A DNA stretch of 64,000 nt from Schmidtea polychroa (GCA_044892525.1 CM097885.1:237710001-237774000); one strand, 5' to 3'. Shown: positions 14,735-27,842, counted from the first letter of the stretch. A program made the numbers and translations. The notes: generated from the letters alone by a model not told the origin.

Positions 14735-15000
14735 TAAAATATACGGATTGTCATCTGACGGTATAATGAAAAGTATTTGCGCTTTTGGTTTATATGCGTC
14801 ATAGTGAATGGTCAACCGAGACTAGAATGTAATATGTTTGCAAATTTTTGCAAAAAGGCGATGAAACCTAAAAAGCTCTGAAGAAATCTTAAAACTAATC
14901 ATAATAACTGCTCAGAGAAACCATTTAAATGCTTTATGTGCTAGAAACATTTACTTGATAGTCAGAAGGCCTGCATATGACAAGTCGTGAAAGAAAAATC
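14735..15000 (+). pseudogene. Buster/ZBED5-like hAT transposase N-terminal remnant
   Basis: Degenerate KYGF..PRLEC..AMKPKKL*RNLKTNH pattern with frameshifts and stops. Confidence 0.5.
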
Positions 15001-15252
15001 GCGCATAAGAAAATTACACAAAAAATAACATTCATTTTCTTATTACATTTTATTCATTATTAATGTTATTACTATTCATTTTTAATGTCTTAAATATTTT
15101 TCCATATAATTAGCCTAAGTGTAATTGACATTTTTTGTATAATTTGCATCTTCCATATAAATGGCATTTTACAACTTTTTCTCATCATGAAATATTCTAC
15201 AACAGTGAGAGGAAATCAGGCACTAATCTATATTGAGCCCGTTGTAATGATG

Positions 15253-16451
15253 TGTTGGGCTAGAACTGATTTCTAGACCCAAAACTCTAATTTGTGACTA
15301 GAATGCGTGGGTACATAACACGAAAAAAAGCAAAAGTACAGTTAAATATTAAAAAATACATCAAGTAAGCAATATTAATTAAGAGAGAAAACAACAAAAA
15401 TATAAGCCCAGAAATAAAATAAAATAATACAAACGCAAGAAGTTGTGCAAAAATCTAACTCAAAAATAACAAAGAAACATAGAATTACAAAAAACAGACT
15501 CGAATAACTTAAAAGATGGTAAAAACAGTAAAAAATTCTAGAAAATCCCAGAACATTTCATAAAAATGGCGATAACCATCATAAAAGCCATCTAGAGCAA
15601 TAAAAGTCAGAAAAATAAATAAAGGAGTAATAAAAATAAAAAAAAATTCTTAAAAAGAAATTAGGAAAAACACCATTAAAATTAAAATAAAATCCATCAT
15701 GGACGTAAATTTAACAAGAAATAATTAGAAAATAAAAATTTAAAAATAAAAACTAAAATTGTCATTAAAAATATCAAAATTAAAAAATAGAAATTTCTAG
15801 AATAAAAAGAATTCGAGTTTGTTTTAATGCATCAATACATACACGTGTACTTTCACACACAAAAATAGGTATATATACCGACGCATTTTAGTCACAATTT
15901 ACTCTTTATGCCAAATTTTTAATTTTTCTCAACTTCGGAATAATAGTAAGATTTTTCTTGTATTTGTTATATACATTGTATTTGTTATGTAATTTAAGTT
16001 TGATAATCATGCCTCTTCTATTTAATTTATTCTAATATTCGTTGAATGTAAGAGTGTTCAGAGACACATAGATTCATCTGCGTCTCTCCTCAGTCGTGCA
16101 TTCAACCACATTTTAAATAATTATAGTCATTTCACATGCAGACACGCACTATCTATATTATAGTTTGTTTTTTTTGTTCAGTCATCGTAGGTCGTCCACT
16201 TCAATGGTTCTGCCTTGGAGTTGTATCGATAAAATCCCTCCGTTATGACTTTAATTATTTATCATCTGTTTCGACCCAACATAACAGTAAGGCTTGCCGT
16301 AGTGGTCACAGTGGGGCCGCGAAAACAAGCGCTCTTCCCGACTTTATGTGCAATACATAGTTAAAATCATCATTCAAAATTTTTTACAATAGCTCCACAC
16401 TAAGGTCATAATTTGAGTAGATCTCAGACCCAAACTTAACACAATCTGACA
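15253..16451. mobile_element. LTR-like family B terminal repeat
   Basis: Collinear with 61526-62860 (tgttgggctagaactgattt..., gaattcgagtttgttttaatgcatcaatacatacacgtgtac); TG...CA ends; homology continues past the CA end; no TSD. Confidence 0.75.
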
Positions 16452-17149
16452 ATTTAGTAATGTAGTCGGTTGAACATCAATAAAAATTTCAGTCATGCTT
16501 ATACGTTTGCCGAATTTAGATTTCTGTAATAATGTAAAATAAAATTTTATTTGTGATTGAAGTAATTGAAATAATACTAATAAAGATATTCGGCATACGT
16601 ATAGGTAGGACTTAATCTATAAGTTGAGTAGGTCATTGAATTAATTATATGACTAATAAATCTAATCTGGATATTTATATCATAAATTTAACCTCCTCCA
16701 AATATAAATTATGAACCTATATTTAGCTAAGTTTTCACTCTAAAATAGTTATATGAATTGTGAATTCACATTAATTTCCAAAATATCAATTACAAATCTC
16801 AAACGGTTGTAGATAAATTATAAATGTACTCTGGTCATCAAGTTGAAGTATTATAATTTCTAACTATTTTTCATTGATAAATGACCATCTATAAAGTATT
16901 GGCGAGTTAAAAATGTAATTTCTGATTACATATAATTCTTTATTAAGTTGAATATGTATAACTCATAAACATACAATCATAAAATATAATCAATTTTAAA
17001 TCTAGCATTATGATCTATCAATGTCAAATCGTAGAGTACTATCAAATTCCAAGTTAAAATCATAATTTATAAATATATATAATCATACCTTATGACTTTA
17101 TGCTTTATTTAGTATATACTTCCCTAATGTCTAAACTGTAAACTATAAT

Positions 17150-18123
17150 TATATCTTTTGCTTAAATGTATCAGCTAGGAAAATCTAAATTAAAAACTAT
17201 AATTTTATATATAATGTATAAATATCTCAACCTAAAAATATAACCTATAAATAGTTATAGATAAATTTTAACTACAAAAATATAAATTATAAATAGTTGT
17301 ATATAAATTTTGATTATAAAATATAAATTATAACTAGTTATATATAAATTATATATGTATATTAATTCAAAAAATATAACCTATAGATAGTTCTAGACAA
17401 ATTTTAACTACAAAAATATAAACTATAAATAGTTATATATAAATTTTGATTATAAAATATAATTTATAACTAGTTATATATAAATTATATATGTACCTTA
17501 ATTCTAAAAATATAAACTATAAATAGTTATAGGTGAATTTTAGCTACAAAAATATAGATTATAAATAGTTAGGTATAAATTTTGATTATAAAAATATAAA
17601 TTATAATTAGTTATATATAAAGTTGACTATGAAAATATAAATTATAAATAGTTATATATAAAGTTGACTATGAAAATATAAATTATAAATAGTTATATAT
17701 AAAGTTGACTATGAAAATATAAATTATAAATAGTTATATATAAATTTTAACTACAAAGATATAAATTATAAATAGTTATATGTACATTATAAATATGTCT
17801 TGATCCTAAAAATACGGATTATAAGTAGTTGCATACAAAATTTGACTATAAAACTATAAATTACCAATGGATATATATAAATTTGCTATAAAATATAAAT
17901 CGCAAATAATTATATATAAATTTTTATTTTAAATATAAATTATAAATAGTTATATGTACATTATAAATATGTCTTGATCCTAAAAATACGGATTATAAGT
18001 AGTTGCATACAAAATTTGACTATAAAACTATAAATTACCAATGGATATATATAAATTTGCTATAAAATATAAATCGCAAATAATTATATATAAATTTTTA
18101 TTTTAAATATAAATTATAAATAG
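17150..18123. repeat. AT-rich minisatellite (41-bp unit, plus a 174-bp higher-order duplication)
   Basis: agttgactatgaaaat recurs at 17621, 17662 and 17703; tgtacattataaatatgtcttgatcc at 17781 and 17955. Confidence 0.85.
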
Positions 18124-19176
18124 TGTTGAGGTCTGTAAATTAAAATTAAAATGAAATTTAGGATAATAATTCAAATAGAAAGTAAGCGAAGAAAAAAGAC
18201 AAATAAAAGCGGGATCGTTCACAGAATCAATAGTAAAGGAAAGTGTGATGGAAACAGTATTAGAAAATGCCAAAAGCAATTACGAAAGGCAAGAATCCGG
18301 AAATCCGAGAAAAATCAATAAATTGTAAAATCATCGAAATCGAATGGGAAAAACGGGACAGGTATAGATTAGCTAATGGTCAACAAGATGATGATTAGGG
18401 ATTTATGAGAAAATGGTTAGGAAGGGTCGAAAAACATTCAAATGTATGAAAACAGAAAACGTTAATTAATTAATTAATTGGCTAATGGAAAACCCGAGCT
18501 AATGGGAAACCCGAGCCAGTGGAGAACCCGAGAGATAAAGGAAACCCGAGCTGGGTAAACAAGAAGAAAAGCAAACAGAAGGAAGATTTGGGCCCATTAG
18601 CTTGACACAATGATTAATGGGAAAAGAGCAAGAAGATAGCGCGCGTAGGAAGACCGGAAGGACCATTAATTATCTGGATTCGTTGGACCATTATGGGGAC
18701 AGCCGAAGCAAATACGTGGGAGCCAATGTCAAATGAAAGATTGGCTCGGCAATAACCATTTGTCATCCTGATTTCGAGGAGTATTTAAGCAAAGGGAAAA
18801 TCAGAGAAAATCGGCATTTTACCTCAGCTAAGGTTCGAAGAAACAGAGCGTAGGAAAAGGCGGAAACGAATTAGGGAAAGTAGGGAAAAGAAGAAATAGA
18901 ATTAGGAATACGGAAAAGTGATAAAGGAATCAAATCAAACCGAAACCGAGGAAAACGTGGGTCAAGAGAATCTAAAGGACTAAAAGGTGAATATTATCTA
19001 TCTGCAAAGCATCAACGCCAAGCGGAGAATCGTATAAAACTTTGATTAGTAATTGTAAAGTGGTGATAATAAATTGTGAACCTATTGTTTCAATATACGT
19101 TGGGTCGTTCATTGTTTTGATTTAAAGAACACTAGGAGTCAGAGAGAACCGACTTAAAGTAATCTAAAACCCAACA
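18124..19176 (+). mobile_element. Solo LTR, family A
   Basis: TGTTGAG...CCCAACA ends with 4-bp TSD ATAG on both sides; 1053 bp; inserted in the minisatellite. Confidence 0.9.
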
Positions 19177-19374
19177 ATAGTTATAAATATAAATTTTAAA
19201 TGTAGAAATTAAATTATAACTGGGTATAATCAATTATGACTATAAAAACATAAGTATAAATAGCTGTAATAGTTTACATTTAGACATACGATCCTATGCC
19301 AAGAGTTTGAAACATAAATTTTTGTTAAATTATAAATTATAAATGCATATAAATTAAATATAATTCATATTATG

Positions 19375-19384
19375 ATTATCATTA

Positions 19385-19448
<64 letters not shown>

Positions 19449-19550
19449 TATTATTATTATTACTATTATTGTTATCATCATTGTTATTATTATTGTTATT
19501 ATTATTGTTATTATTATCTTTATCATTATTAGTATTATTATTACTATTGT
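19375..19550. repeat. (ATT)n microsatellite
   Basis: Directly visible. Confidence 0.95.
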
Positions 19551-20934
19551 TCCCCCAAGTTATTACCATCAAGGCTAACACCATCGTCATCATTCCGAGA
19601 ATGGGTAGTGTTGTCAGCTATATTACTAATATTACCTTTGCTGGCAACATTACTCTCCTTGGTATGGTTACTGCTACTTCATTACCGTTATCATAAGTAT
19701 CATAAAGATTTCTATTACTGTATCGATAAATTAGTCACAATAACTTTTTATTATAAATCGGATTTACACAATAAAATTTAGCTTACCTTATAAAATGGAA
19801 AATTACATATCCAATCATTTAGTGCACGAGCATTTATAATAAATTCCTCCAATCCAGGGGTTCAACGAGAAGCGAACCGATAAATCAAACTTAACCACTC
19901 AGAACCACAACTACAGTTAAGTAGAGCAAGAACAGAATAGCGGAAAATTTCCCCAAACATAACTCCCAAATTAAGTCCCATGAAGTTAACTACGAGCATA
20001 GAGATAAAAATTCCTACGATAGCACGCAGTCATGAGTAGGCTAATAGTCTTCTTTAGGTGTAAACCAACAGGGAGAAAGCCACCGATACGAACTCAGCAT
20101 TGTGATTCCATGTAGAGCTGGACATAAATCCACGATTCCGGATAGTTAAGAGGCATTATTCGATTCCAATATCGCCATAACGTTTACATTGATATTCGTC
20201 CGGAAATGGACCAAACAACCTTAAATTTAAATAAAAGCAAAAAACGATCACACCGAATATGACAACCCGGTCTAAGTGAGGATGAGGTGGGAAACTAAGG
20301 TTCCAACAGCTCACCCAGCACCGACGGAGCTGGTTGATTCAGTAATTAAATAGTATTTATTGTCACATAATCAAAAATATTACATTAATGACATGACAAA
20401 AAATTAAAAATAAATCATGATTTTTTTCTGTAATTAATACAGATAAACAAAGTGTATAATTATATTGAAGATATCACAAAATTAAAAATAAAGGCTGATT
20501 TTTCTGTAATTAATGTGGACGAATAAAGTTAGGTCTTTAGAAATTATAATTTTTCTTTTCTTTCTTTTTGACAATCTGGTAAACATGTTTACAGTGATTT
20601 TGGTAGAGTATTTGTAGTAATGATTTAACAGTAGTAGAAAATTTAATGAAAAAATTTATAAATTACATAACGGATTAATAACCTAATTTCTTCAGGTTGG
20701 GGTAGAAGTAGGATTTATTATCTAAATTTAAATCAATATATGCTTAATTTTGTAAAAATCCATAATCTAATTTCCCTGCAATCTATAGCGCAGATTACGA
20801 TAAGACGATCCACAAATTGACCCACTCATCATTTTGCCACTCAGTCGAACGGATAAGCTATAAAAACGAAATTTTGAATCTACCAGAAAATTGAGATTGC
20901 TATCTCCTTTAATTGGGCTTATTTAATAACAGAA

Positions 20935-21286
20935 TGTCTCAAGCAAGTGGTCCCGACGAAGCAGAATACGGGCAAATGATTACCTGGCTCCGCACCCGGT
21001 ACATCTGGTACCGCATTCATGATTGGAATCGGGGCTTGGATCTGGCCCAGTTATCCGAAGTGGCCCGGAACCTGACGCCCCGGTGTAGGTGAAGACGGAA
21101 CCCACGAACGATCTACTACAGGAGGTCCGTGATCGAGCGGCCATCGAAGTGGAGGCTGCCCAAATGCGGCTGAAGAAAATCGAGCTCCAGCTCAGGGCCG
21201 AAAAAGAAGGAGTGCCTCTAGAAGAGCTGGAGGATGCAGAAGCGCCCCCACGGAAGCGAGGGAGGCCCCGTAAGAACCCAGCATAA
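20935..21286 (+). CDS. Putative small coiled-coil protein with C-terminal AT-hook (possibly frameshifted or spliced)
   Basis: GC-rich island; ATG 20935 frame closes near 21091; the second frame 21089-21286 ends PPRKRGRPRKNPA (canonical AT-hook). Confidence 0.4.
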
Positions 21287-21548
21287 CCCATCAACAATTT
21301 TCCTTCATTTATGACTTGAATTGAAATATTTGACTTGTTTTATTTAGTGATATTTTTTTTTGTTTTGTTTGTAGCTCGTGTAATAAATTATTTCGTTATC
21401 AAATTTTTGGCTTTATAGATTATGGTGTATCTTTGTGATTGAGGCGACCCCTTTCCATCACCAGATTAATAATTTTACGATGAAATTAAACGAATAACCT
21501 TTATGTACATGGAAGTGAGTCATAGAATTTTATTATTGTCCTTATTCA

Positions 21549-21990
21549 GTGTTCAAATTACTCGAAAATTTACGCAAGGACCGCGAGCAGGCCCAACAAC
21601 AAGCCGAAGACCTCCGAGGCCGAGTCGAGAAACTCAAGGTGAAGTGCCGAGAACTCGAGGGCACTTGGTTCTGCCCGGCCGAGATGAAAAAACAAAAAGC
21701 ACATATCTTACAACTCCAGACCCAGGCGGAGCAGGATCAACTTGAAATACGAGCACTGAAGTTACAAGTGCGCTCGCTCGAGGTCAAGCTGAACGAAAGG
21801 TTCATTCAGAACACCCTCCAAGAGCAGATTCGCCCATTACCCGTGGAGCTGGCCAAGATATATCCACCGGCCCAGGCAAGCAAGCCGAAACGCAAACGGC
21901 TAGGGCGGAATACCTGAGAGAAATTGAAAAGGGCCTGGCTGGCCGAACAGGAGAAGCTGAAAGAGTCCGAGGCAGCTCCACGATCCTGAG
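21549..21990 (+). CDS. Unknown coiled-coil protein, copy 1 (possible pseudogene; in-frame stop at 21915-21917)
   Basis: Heptad-rich sequence, basic KPKRKR motif, upstream acceptor ttattcag; homologous to 23130-23495 (-). Confidence 0.5.
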
Positions 21991-23129
21991 GTGTGATTGA
22001 GTGTACGAACCCTCCTGGGGTAAAACATATATTCTGAAATTGTAATGACTAAATAAATAATTACCACTATCTGATTTATATGCGGTGGAATCTTGTGATT
22101 GTTGAGAACAATGTGGTTGACGTAAGAGTGTTTGGGAGAGCAATTTCGATAAGGGACCGAAGTAAATCGGACACATGCCTTCTAACGGCCGTCCGTGAAC
22201 CCATAGAGTGCTCGACAATTATAGTGCTCTTAGTGCGCTCACTTTTTGCGAGTACTCAACCCCTTGGAACAGTACCAACGTCGATTACTCACCGGGTACC
22301 AAGCGGAAAATAACGTTGTATTATGGGTTACGCTGGTAACAGCACTAAATAACAATTATTCGACCACCGGTAACCCACCAGATGATATTATCACGATCCT
22401 ACTCTCAGAGGTTTTCTACTTACTCCGATCGACAGAAGGCTCTCGTCGGTTATATAGCGCTCAAGACATCAATAGAACAAATTGAGAAGACAGTATTAAT
22501 GTGGATTAATGTGGGTTTTACCACAAAGTACTGCTAGAAGGAATTTAAATTTCTTCTCTTAAACTTTTTCATCTGCAGATGACGATACAGTGAGACATTA
22601 AGTCACAGTACTGAATTAGACTATGGTATGTTAGATCACCAATTGGAGGAACAAATATTACTGGGAATGTCGTGGAGTAACGCAAACGAAATTTTTCTTT
22701 TTATATAAATTTCTATAAGATCTGGGTGGTGATCCTCGTTATTCATTTTTTAGTCAGTTATTAAATGTCGTTCGATACTAGAATATTTTGGTTGGTTACA
22801 AGTAATCCATATTTTACCCTTTCGTGCTGTTTCCAGTGTAACCCAGAATAGAAGAATGATGTACCGCTCGATACCCGTTAAGTAATCAAAGTTGGAATTG
22901 TATCGAGTCGGTGAGTACTTGCGAAAAGTGAGCGTACTTTTGTACACTATAATCGGCAAGTACTCGAGCGGGTTCGTGGAATGCCGATAGAAGGACTATG
23001 CCCAACTTCCTTTAGGGCCACCTTTGTTTGTCGCCTATTAACCAAAATTATCTATACTGAACCCGGTATTTATCAAAATAAATCACTATAATGTAGACAA
23101 TATTCGTTTATTTACATTACAACAATTGA

Positions 23130-23495
23130 TCATTTCTGGCTTTCGGGAATGCGCGCTTCTCTATGGGCCAGTAGCCGCGCTCTCTCAGCCTTTCCTGGCC
23201 TGTTCTTCTTCACTGTAGAGCTTTGAGACTTACTTGACCCCGCCAATTCTAGGCTTACATGTCGGATGTGCTCAATAAAGTCTCGATCGATAGCCTCTTG
23301 GTTGATCTGCGTTTCCAACTGACGCACTCCGATCCTGAGAGCTTTGAGCTCAATTTTATCTTGTTCGTCTTGCGTCCGCAGCTACTGGATAGAATGCAGA
23401 CGTCTTTTCATCTTAGTCAGCCTAAACCAAGTATTCTTCATTTCTCTGCATCGGCCCTTGAGTTTGAACACCCGGCGCTGTTGTTCCTCCGCCAC
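23130..23495 (-). pseudogene. Unknown coiled-coil protein, copy 2 (internal TAG)
   Basis: RRVFKLKGRCREMKNTWF..Q*LRTQDEQDKIELKALRIGVRQLE aligns with copy 1 GRVEKLKVKCRELEGTWF..QLQTQAEQDQLEIRALKLQVRSLE. Confidence 0.65.
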
Positions 23496-24468
23496 TTTTT
23501 TTTAATACGTCAGTTTTCTCTATTTTGAACTCAAAGTCAATCAGTGACTTGCGAATGCAGTTTGTCAATTTTATGAAACGTCCAAGCATTGTGTGCAGGC
23601 TATTTTAACGACTTTTGGAGTCCAGTATTAGTGTAGGGCATCACCAAATTCGTCTACTGTGTATTTTTCGAGCGTTTGATCATTTTTGTAGGACTACGCG
23701 AAACAATTTCACAACGTTGCGCACCTTAGTAATTATCGGGTGCAAGTCATCAGTCAGTTTAATAGTGTCGTCCTGTATCTTGGAACGATTTTTTCTTTAG
23801 CAAGTCGATTTCATGTTTTGTTCTTAGATGTGTATGAAGTTCACTAGTACTGCCACCATGTGATTTGACGTATTTCTTTGTCGTATTTCTTAGACTTTGA
23901 AAGTTGATTTTCTTTATCACGCAGAAAATAAAACCACACAGAATTTTCGTCTACTCTCACGCCGGTGTCGAACTCTTTAAATACTTGCTGAGACATGATG
24001 GGGGTTTCTGGATATTAAATTAATAATTAAATTAACCAAAATCTATGTTAAGAAATAAATTCATACTAATTAACAATGAAATAACAAAATTCAAAAATCT
24101 ATTATATTAAAGTTTTTAATTATTTAAATAAAATTAATATTTTGTTAAATTGATTTGTGTGATTAATGTTTTCTAATCACAACAACTCTCCTTTAATATT
24201 ACTGTTACTGTTGAATTTATATTTTTAGCAGAAATATCGGAAATACTGGTATTGAGCCAAACCAATACCAGTATTTCGGTACCTCAAAAAGTTTCGGTAC
24301 TGCCGGTATTGGAAGCACTAATATGGGTTATAGTAAATTAATTGAGGATTTCAGAAGTCGTTGGTGCTGCCTGTGTAGAGTTTCGCGGAGCTCGGGTTTT
24401 ACAAGCTCGAGCTCGAGATTTTATCGAGTTTCGATCGAGCCTGGTAAAATTATAAACTCCATCAAATT

Positions 24469-24878
24469 CAGTGGCGTACGGTGGATGTTAATATTGGGTG
24501 TGCTTAAAAAAACATACATTTTTTCGCACACCAAATTCAAGAGCAATTTTACTACTGAGCGCTGCCAGCGGACAGATCGACTTGAGCAGTTAAATCTCGG
24601 AACAATTTACATGAGTCACCGTCCGCGCGCACAGTTGAAGAGCCACAAGCGTTGTTATATAGCCGTTGCTCGCGCGCAAACGTTCCGAGCGACTGACAAA
24701 TATCAATGCACACTATTCATGCGCTCACAAATACAAGCGCTTACAAATACTACTGTATGGTATATAGTGTATGCAAAACAATATGGTCGCTTTATGCCCT
24801 AAATTTTCTAAATTTATATTTTAGATGGTTTTGCAGGTGTGCGCCGCACACCTAGCACACTCTGAATATACGCCCCTG
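24469..24878. mobile_element. hAT-type MITE
   Basis: TIR CAGTGGCGTA / TACGCCCCTG; 8-bp TSD ATCAAATT (24461-24468, 24879-24886). Confidence 0.9.
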
Positions 24879-24934
24879 ATCAAATTTAGTAAAAATAAAA
24901 TGTATAAAGTAAAAAATTGAAACTTTATTTTTCA

Positions 24935-25250
24935 ATGTTTAGAAAGTAGTACTTTAGAAAAACAAGGTTGCTCAATGCTTAATCAGATAATTTTGAACGA
25001 AGATTAGAACAAAAATTATTTGCGACCGAAAATGTTCGTTCAGAGTCAATAGGCCTAATTGTATTAAGTGCATTATAAAGACGACTAAGATTTTCTGTTA
25101 ATTTTCCATTTGACTTTGAAAGGGAAAATTCTTGCTGAACTTTTAAAAATTTGGGTGTTAACTTACATTGAATTTAATTTTCAGCATATAAACGACTTAG
25201 TTCATCTTCAAGTGACATTATTTGGTCATTTAATGTTCCTTCTTGAAGTG
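24935..25250 (-). pseudogene. hAT dimerisation domain remnant
   Basis: LSRLYNALNTIRPIDSERTFSVANNFCSNLRSKLSD*ALSNLVFLKYYF on the minus strand. Confidence 0.75.
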
Positions 25251-25388
25251 GTACTTCAATGTTAACTTCTTTATGAGAAAACATTCTTTTCGTGAGATCT
25301 GGTGACAATGTAATTGAAGATTTGGATGGATTTCTTTCTAATTGTCAATTTTGCTGATATTATATCTGATTTGAAGTTCACAAGAAAT

Positions 25389-27056
25389 TGTTAGAAAATG
25401 TTTAGAAAAGGTCGAAAAACAGGCAAATATGGAAAAACTCAAACTATTATTTTATTAATTAATTGGCTAGTGGAAAACACGAGCTAATGGAAAGTCCAAG
25501 CCAATTGGGAACCCGAGCGCGCCAATTAGGGAGAATAAACTAACTGGGAATTTAGAGTGCAATTCGGACAAAAACGGAGCAATTAACTATGATTATGGGA
25601 GTATTTAAGAAAACTCCAAATTCAGATAATCGGCAGTAGCCTCAGGTAGGAAGAAGAAACCGACAATAGAAATTCGAGGAACAAAGTTAAGAACTAAAAA
25701 GGGAATTATAAGAGGAACTGAAGTGTTAGAAAGAAAGTATTGAAGAAAATATAAAATAAAAAATAAAAAGGTGAAACTTATTTTTAAATCGCACAAAGTC
25801 GAGACTTTCCAGAGTGAAGTTCGATCAGAAATTGCGACCAAAATCGTGGTTAACTAAAGGTTGTAATTATTTATTGAGAATTGTAAATTTGCTATAAAAC
25901 AAATATACGTTGGGAGTTTGTGTTTGTTGAGGTCCGTAAATTAAAATAAATTGAAATGAAATTTAGGTTAATAATTTAAATAAAATGTAAGTGAATAAAA
26001 CAGACAAATAAAAGCGTGATCATGCACAGAATTGATAGTAAAGGAAAGTACGATGGAAGCAGTATTAGAAAATGCCAAAAGCAATTACGAAAGGCAAGAA
26101 TCCGGAAATCCGAGAAAAATCAATAAATTGTAAAATCATCGAAATCGAATTTGGAAAACGGGACAGGTATAAAGTAGCTAATGGTCAAAAAGATGATGGT
26201 TAGGGATTTATCAGAAAATGGCTAGAAAGGGTCGAAAAGCATTCAAATGTGTAAAAACAGAAAACGTTAATTAATTAATTGGCTAATAGAAAACCCGAGC
26301 TAATGGGAAACCCAAGCCAATGGAGAACCCGAGAGATGAAGGAAACCCGAGCTGGGTAAACAAGAAGAAAAGTAAACAAAAGGAAGATTTGGGCCCATTA
26401 GCTTGACACAGTGATTAATTGGAAAAGAGCAAGGAGAAGATAGTGCGTGTAGAAAGGCCAGACGGGCCATTAATTATCTTGGTTCGTTGGACCATTATGG
26501 GTAACAGCCGAATCAGATACGTGGAAGCAAATGTCAAGTGAAAGATTGGCTTGGCAATAACCATTTGTCATCCCGATTTCGAGGAGTATATAAAGAAAGG
26601 GAAAATCAGAGCAAATCGGCATTTTGCCTCAGCTAGGGTTAGAAGAAACCGAGTTAGGAATAGGTAAAAACGAATTAAGGAGATTAGGGAAAAGAAGATA
26701 TAGACTAGGAATACGAAAAGGTGAAACAGAATCAAATCAAACAGAAAAAAGAGGAAAACGTGGGTCAAGAGAATCTAAAGAAATAAAAGGTGAATATTAT
26801 CTATTTACAAAGCATCAACGCCGTGCTGAGAATCGGTCAAACGAAACTGTGATTATTGATTGTAAAGTGGTGAGAAAAGATTGTGAATTTTGTTATTTCA
26901 ATATACGTTGGGTCGTTATTGTTTTGATTTAAAGGACACGAGGAGTCAGAGGTAACCGACTTAAATTAACCAGAAACCCAACATATTTATCAATTTTTGG
27001 GATACGTGGAGTCAGAGTAACCAATGGTCGACTATTTAGTATCATAAAACCCGACA
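25389..27056 (+). mobile_element. Nested LTRs: family A LTR (25925-26983) inserted in a related older LTR
   Basis: Inner copy TGTTGAGG..CCCAACA with flanks TGTT/TATT; the outer copy shares blocks (gaaaaggtcgaaaa, aatatacgttggg, ggagtcagag) and resumes after the insert, ending AAAACCCGACA. Confidence 0.75.
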
Positions 27057-27099
27057 TAATAACCAGATAGATTTCCCGACCCAATTATTCGGTGACTAA

Positions 27100-27390
27100 A
27101 GTAGTAAGATGTGTCACCTCCAGGACATGTCACATCCAGGACAGGTCAAGGTCTAATTTTTAAGGTCAAGGTCAAATTTTTAAGGTCAAGGTCAAATTTT
27201 TTAAGGTCAAGGTCAAATTTTTTTTTTAAGGTCTGATATCATTTACTGATATCATTCACACATGATTTAGTAACAGTTCATAGTGCAAATCATGTGAATT
27301 TCCGTTGATGTAATCGATTATTAACGCATAATTTCATACCACATGTTATCCCTTCAAATATTTTAATCAATAATAATTCAGTATTTTTCC

Positions 27391-27468
<78 letters not shown>

Positions 27469-27760
27469 ATTTTTACAAATAATTACTATTATTATAAGAA
27501 CTTTTATTTCTTCCAATTTCACCACTGATTATAATATCCATTGAATTGAAAAGAGACTTTGAAGATTATAAATCAGTAATATATCGATGTTTGTCGACTC
27601 TCACAAATTGTCGGCACTGCCTTGTTAAGTGAATTTGATCATTATTACATTAAATATTTATTGTTGGATAATTACATTTAAAAGGTTCAACCAATTTCAT
27701 AAATCAGCTTTGAATCACTTTAATATAAATCTTCATAAGAAATTATTTTATTATTATTAA

Positions 27761-27842
<82 letters not shown>

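Noticed and set aside
17150..18123. Regularly spaced repeats as a possible CRISPR array
   Set aside because: Tandem degenerate units without unique spacers, no cas genes, eukaryotic context
19354..19696. Overlapping low-complexity ORFs (N-, I- and L-rich)
   Set aside because: Microsatellite-derived; cannot be supported as genes
24323..24802. 159-aa ORF
   Set aside because: Runs across a hAT end and a TSD-flanked MITE, so it is a chance frame
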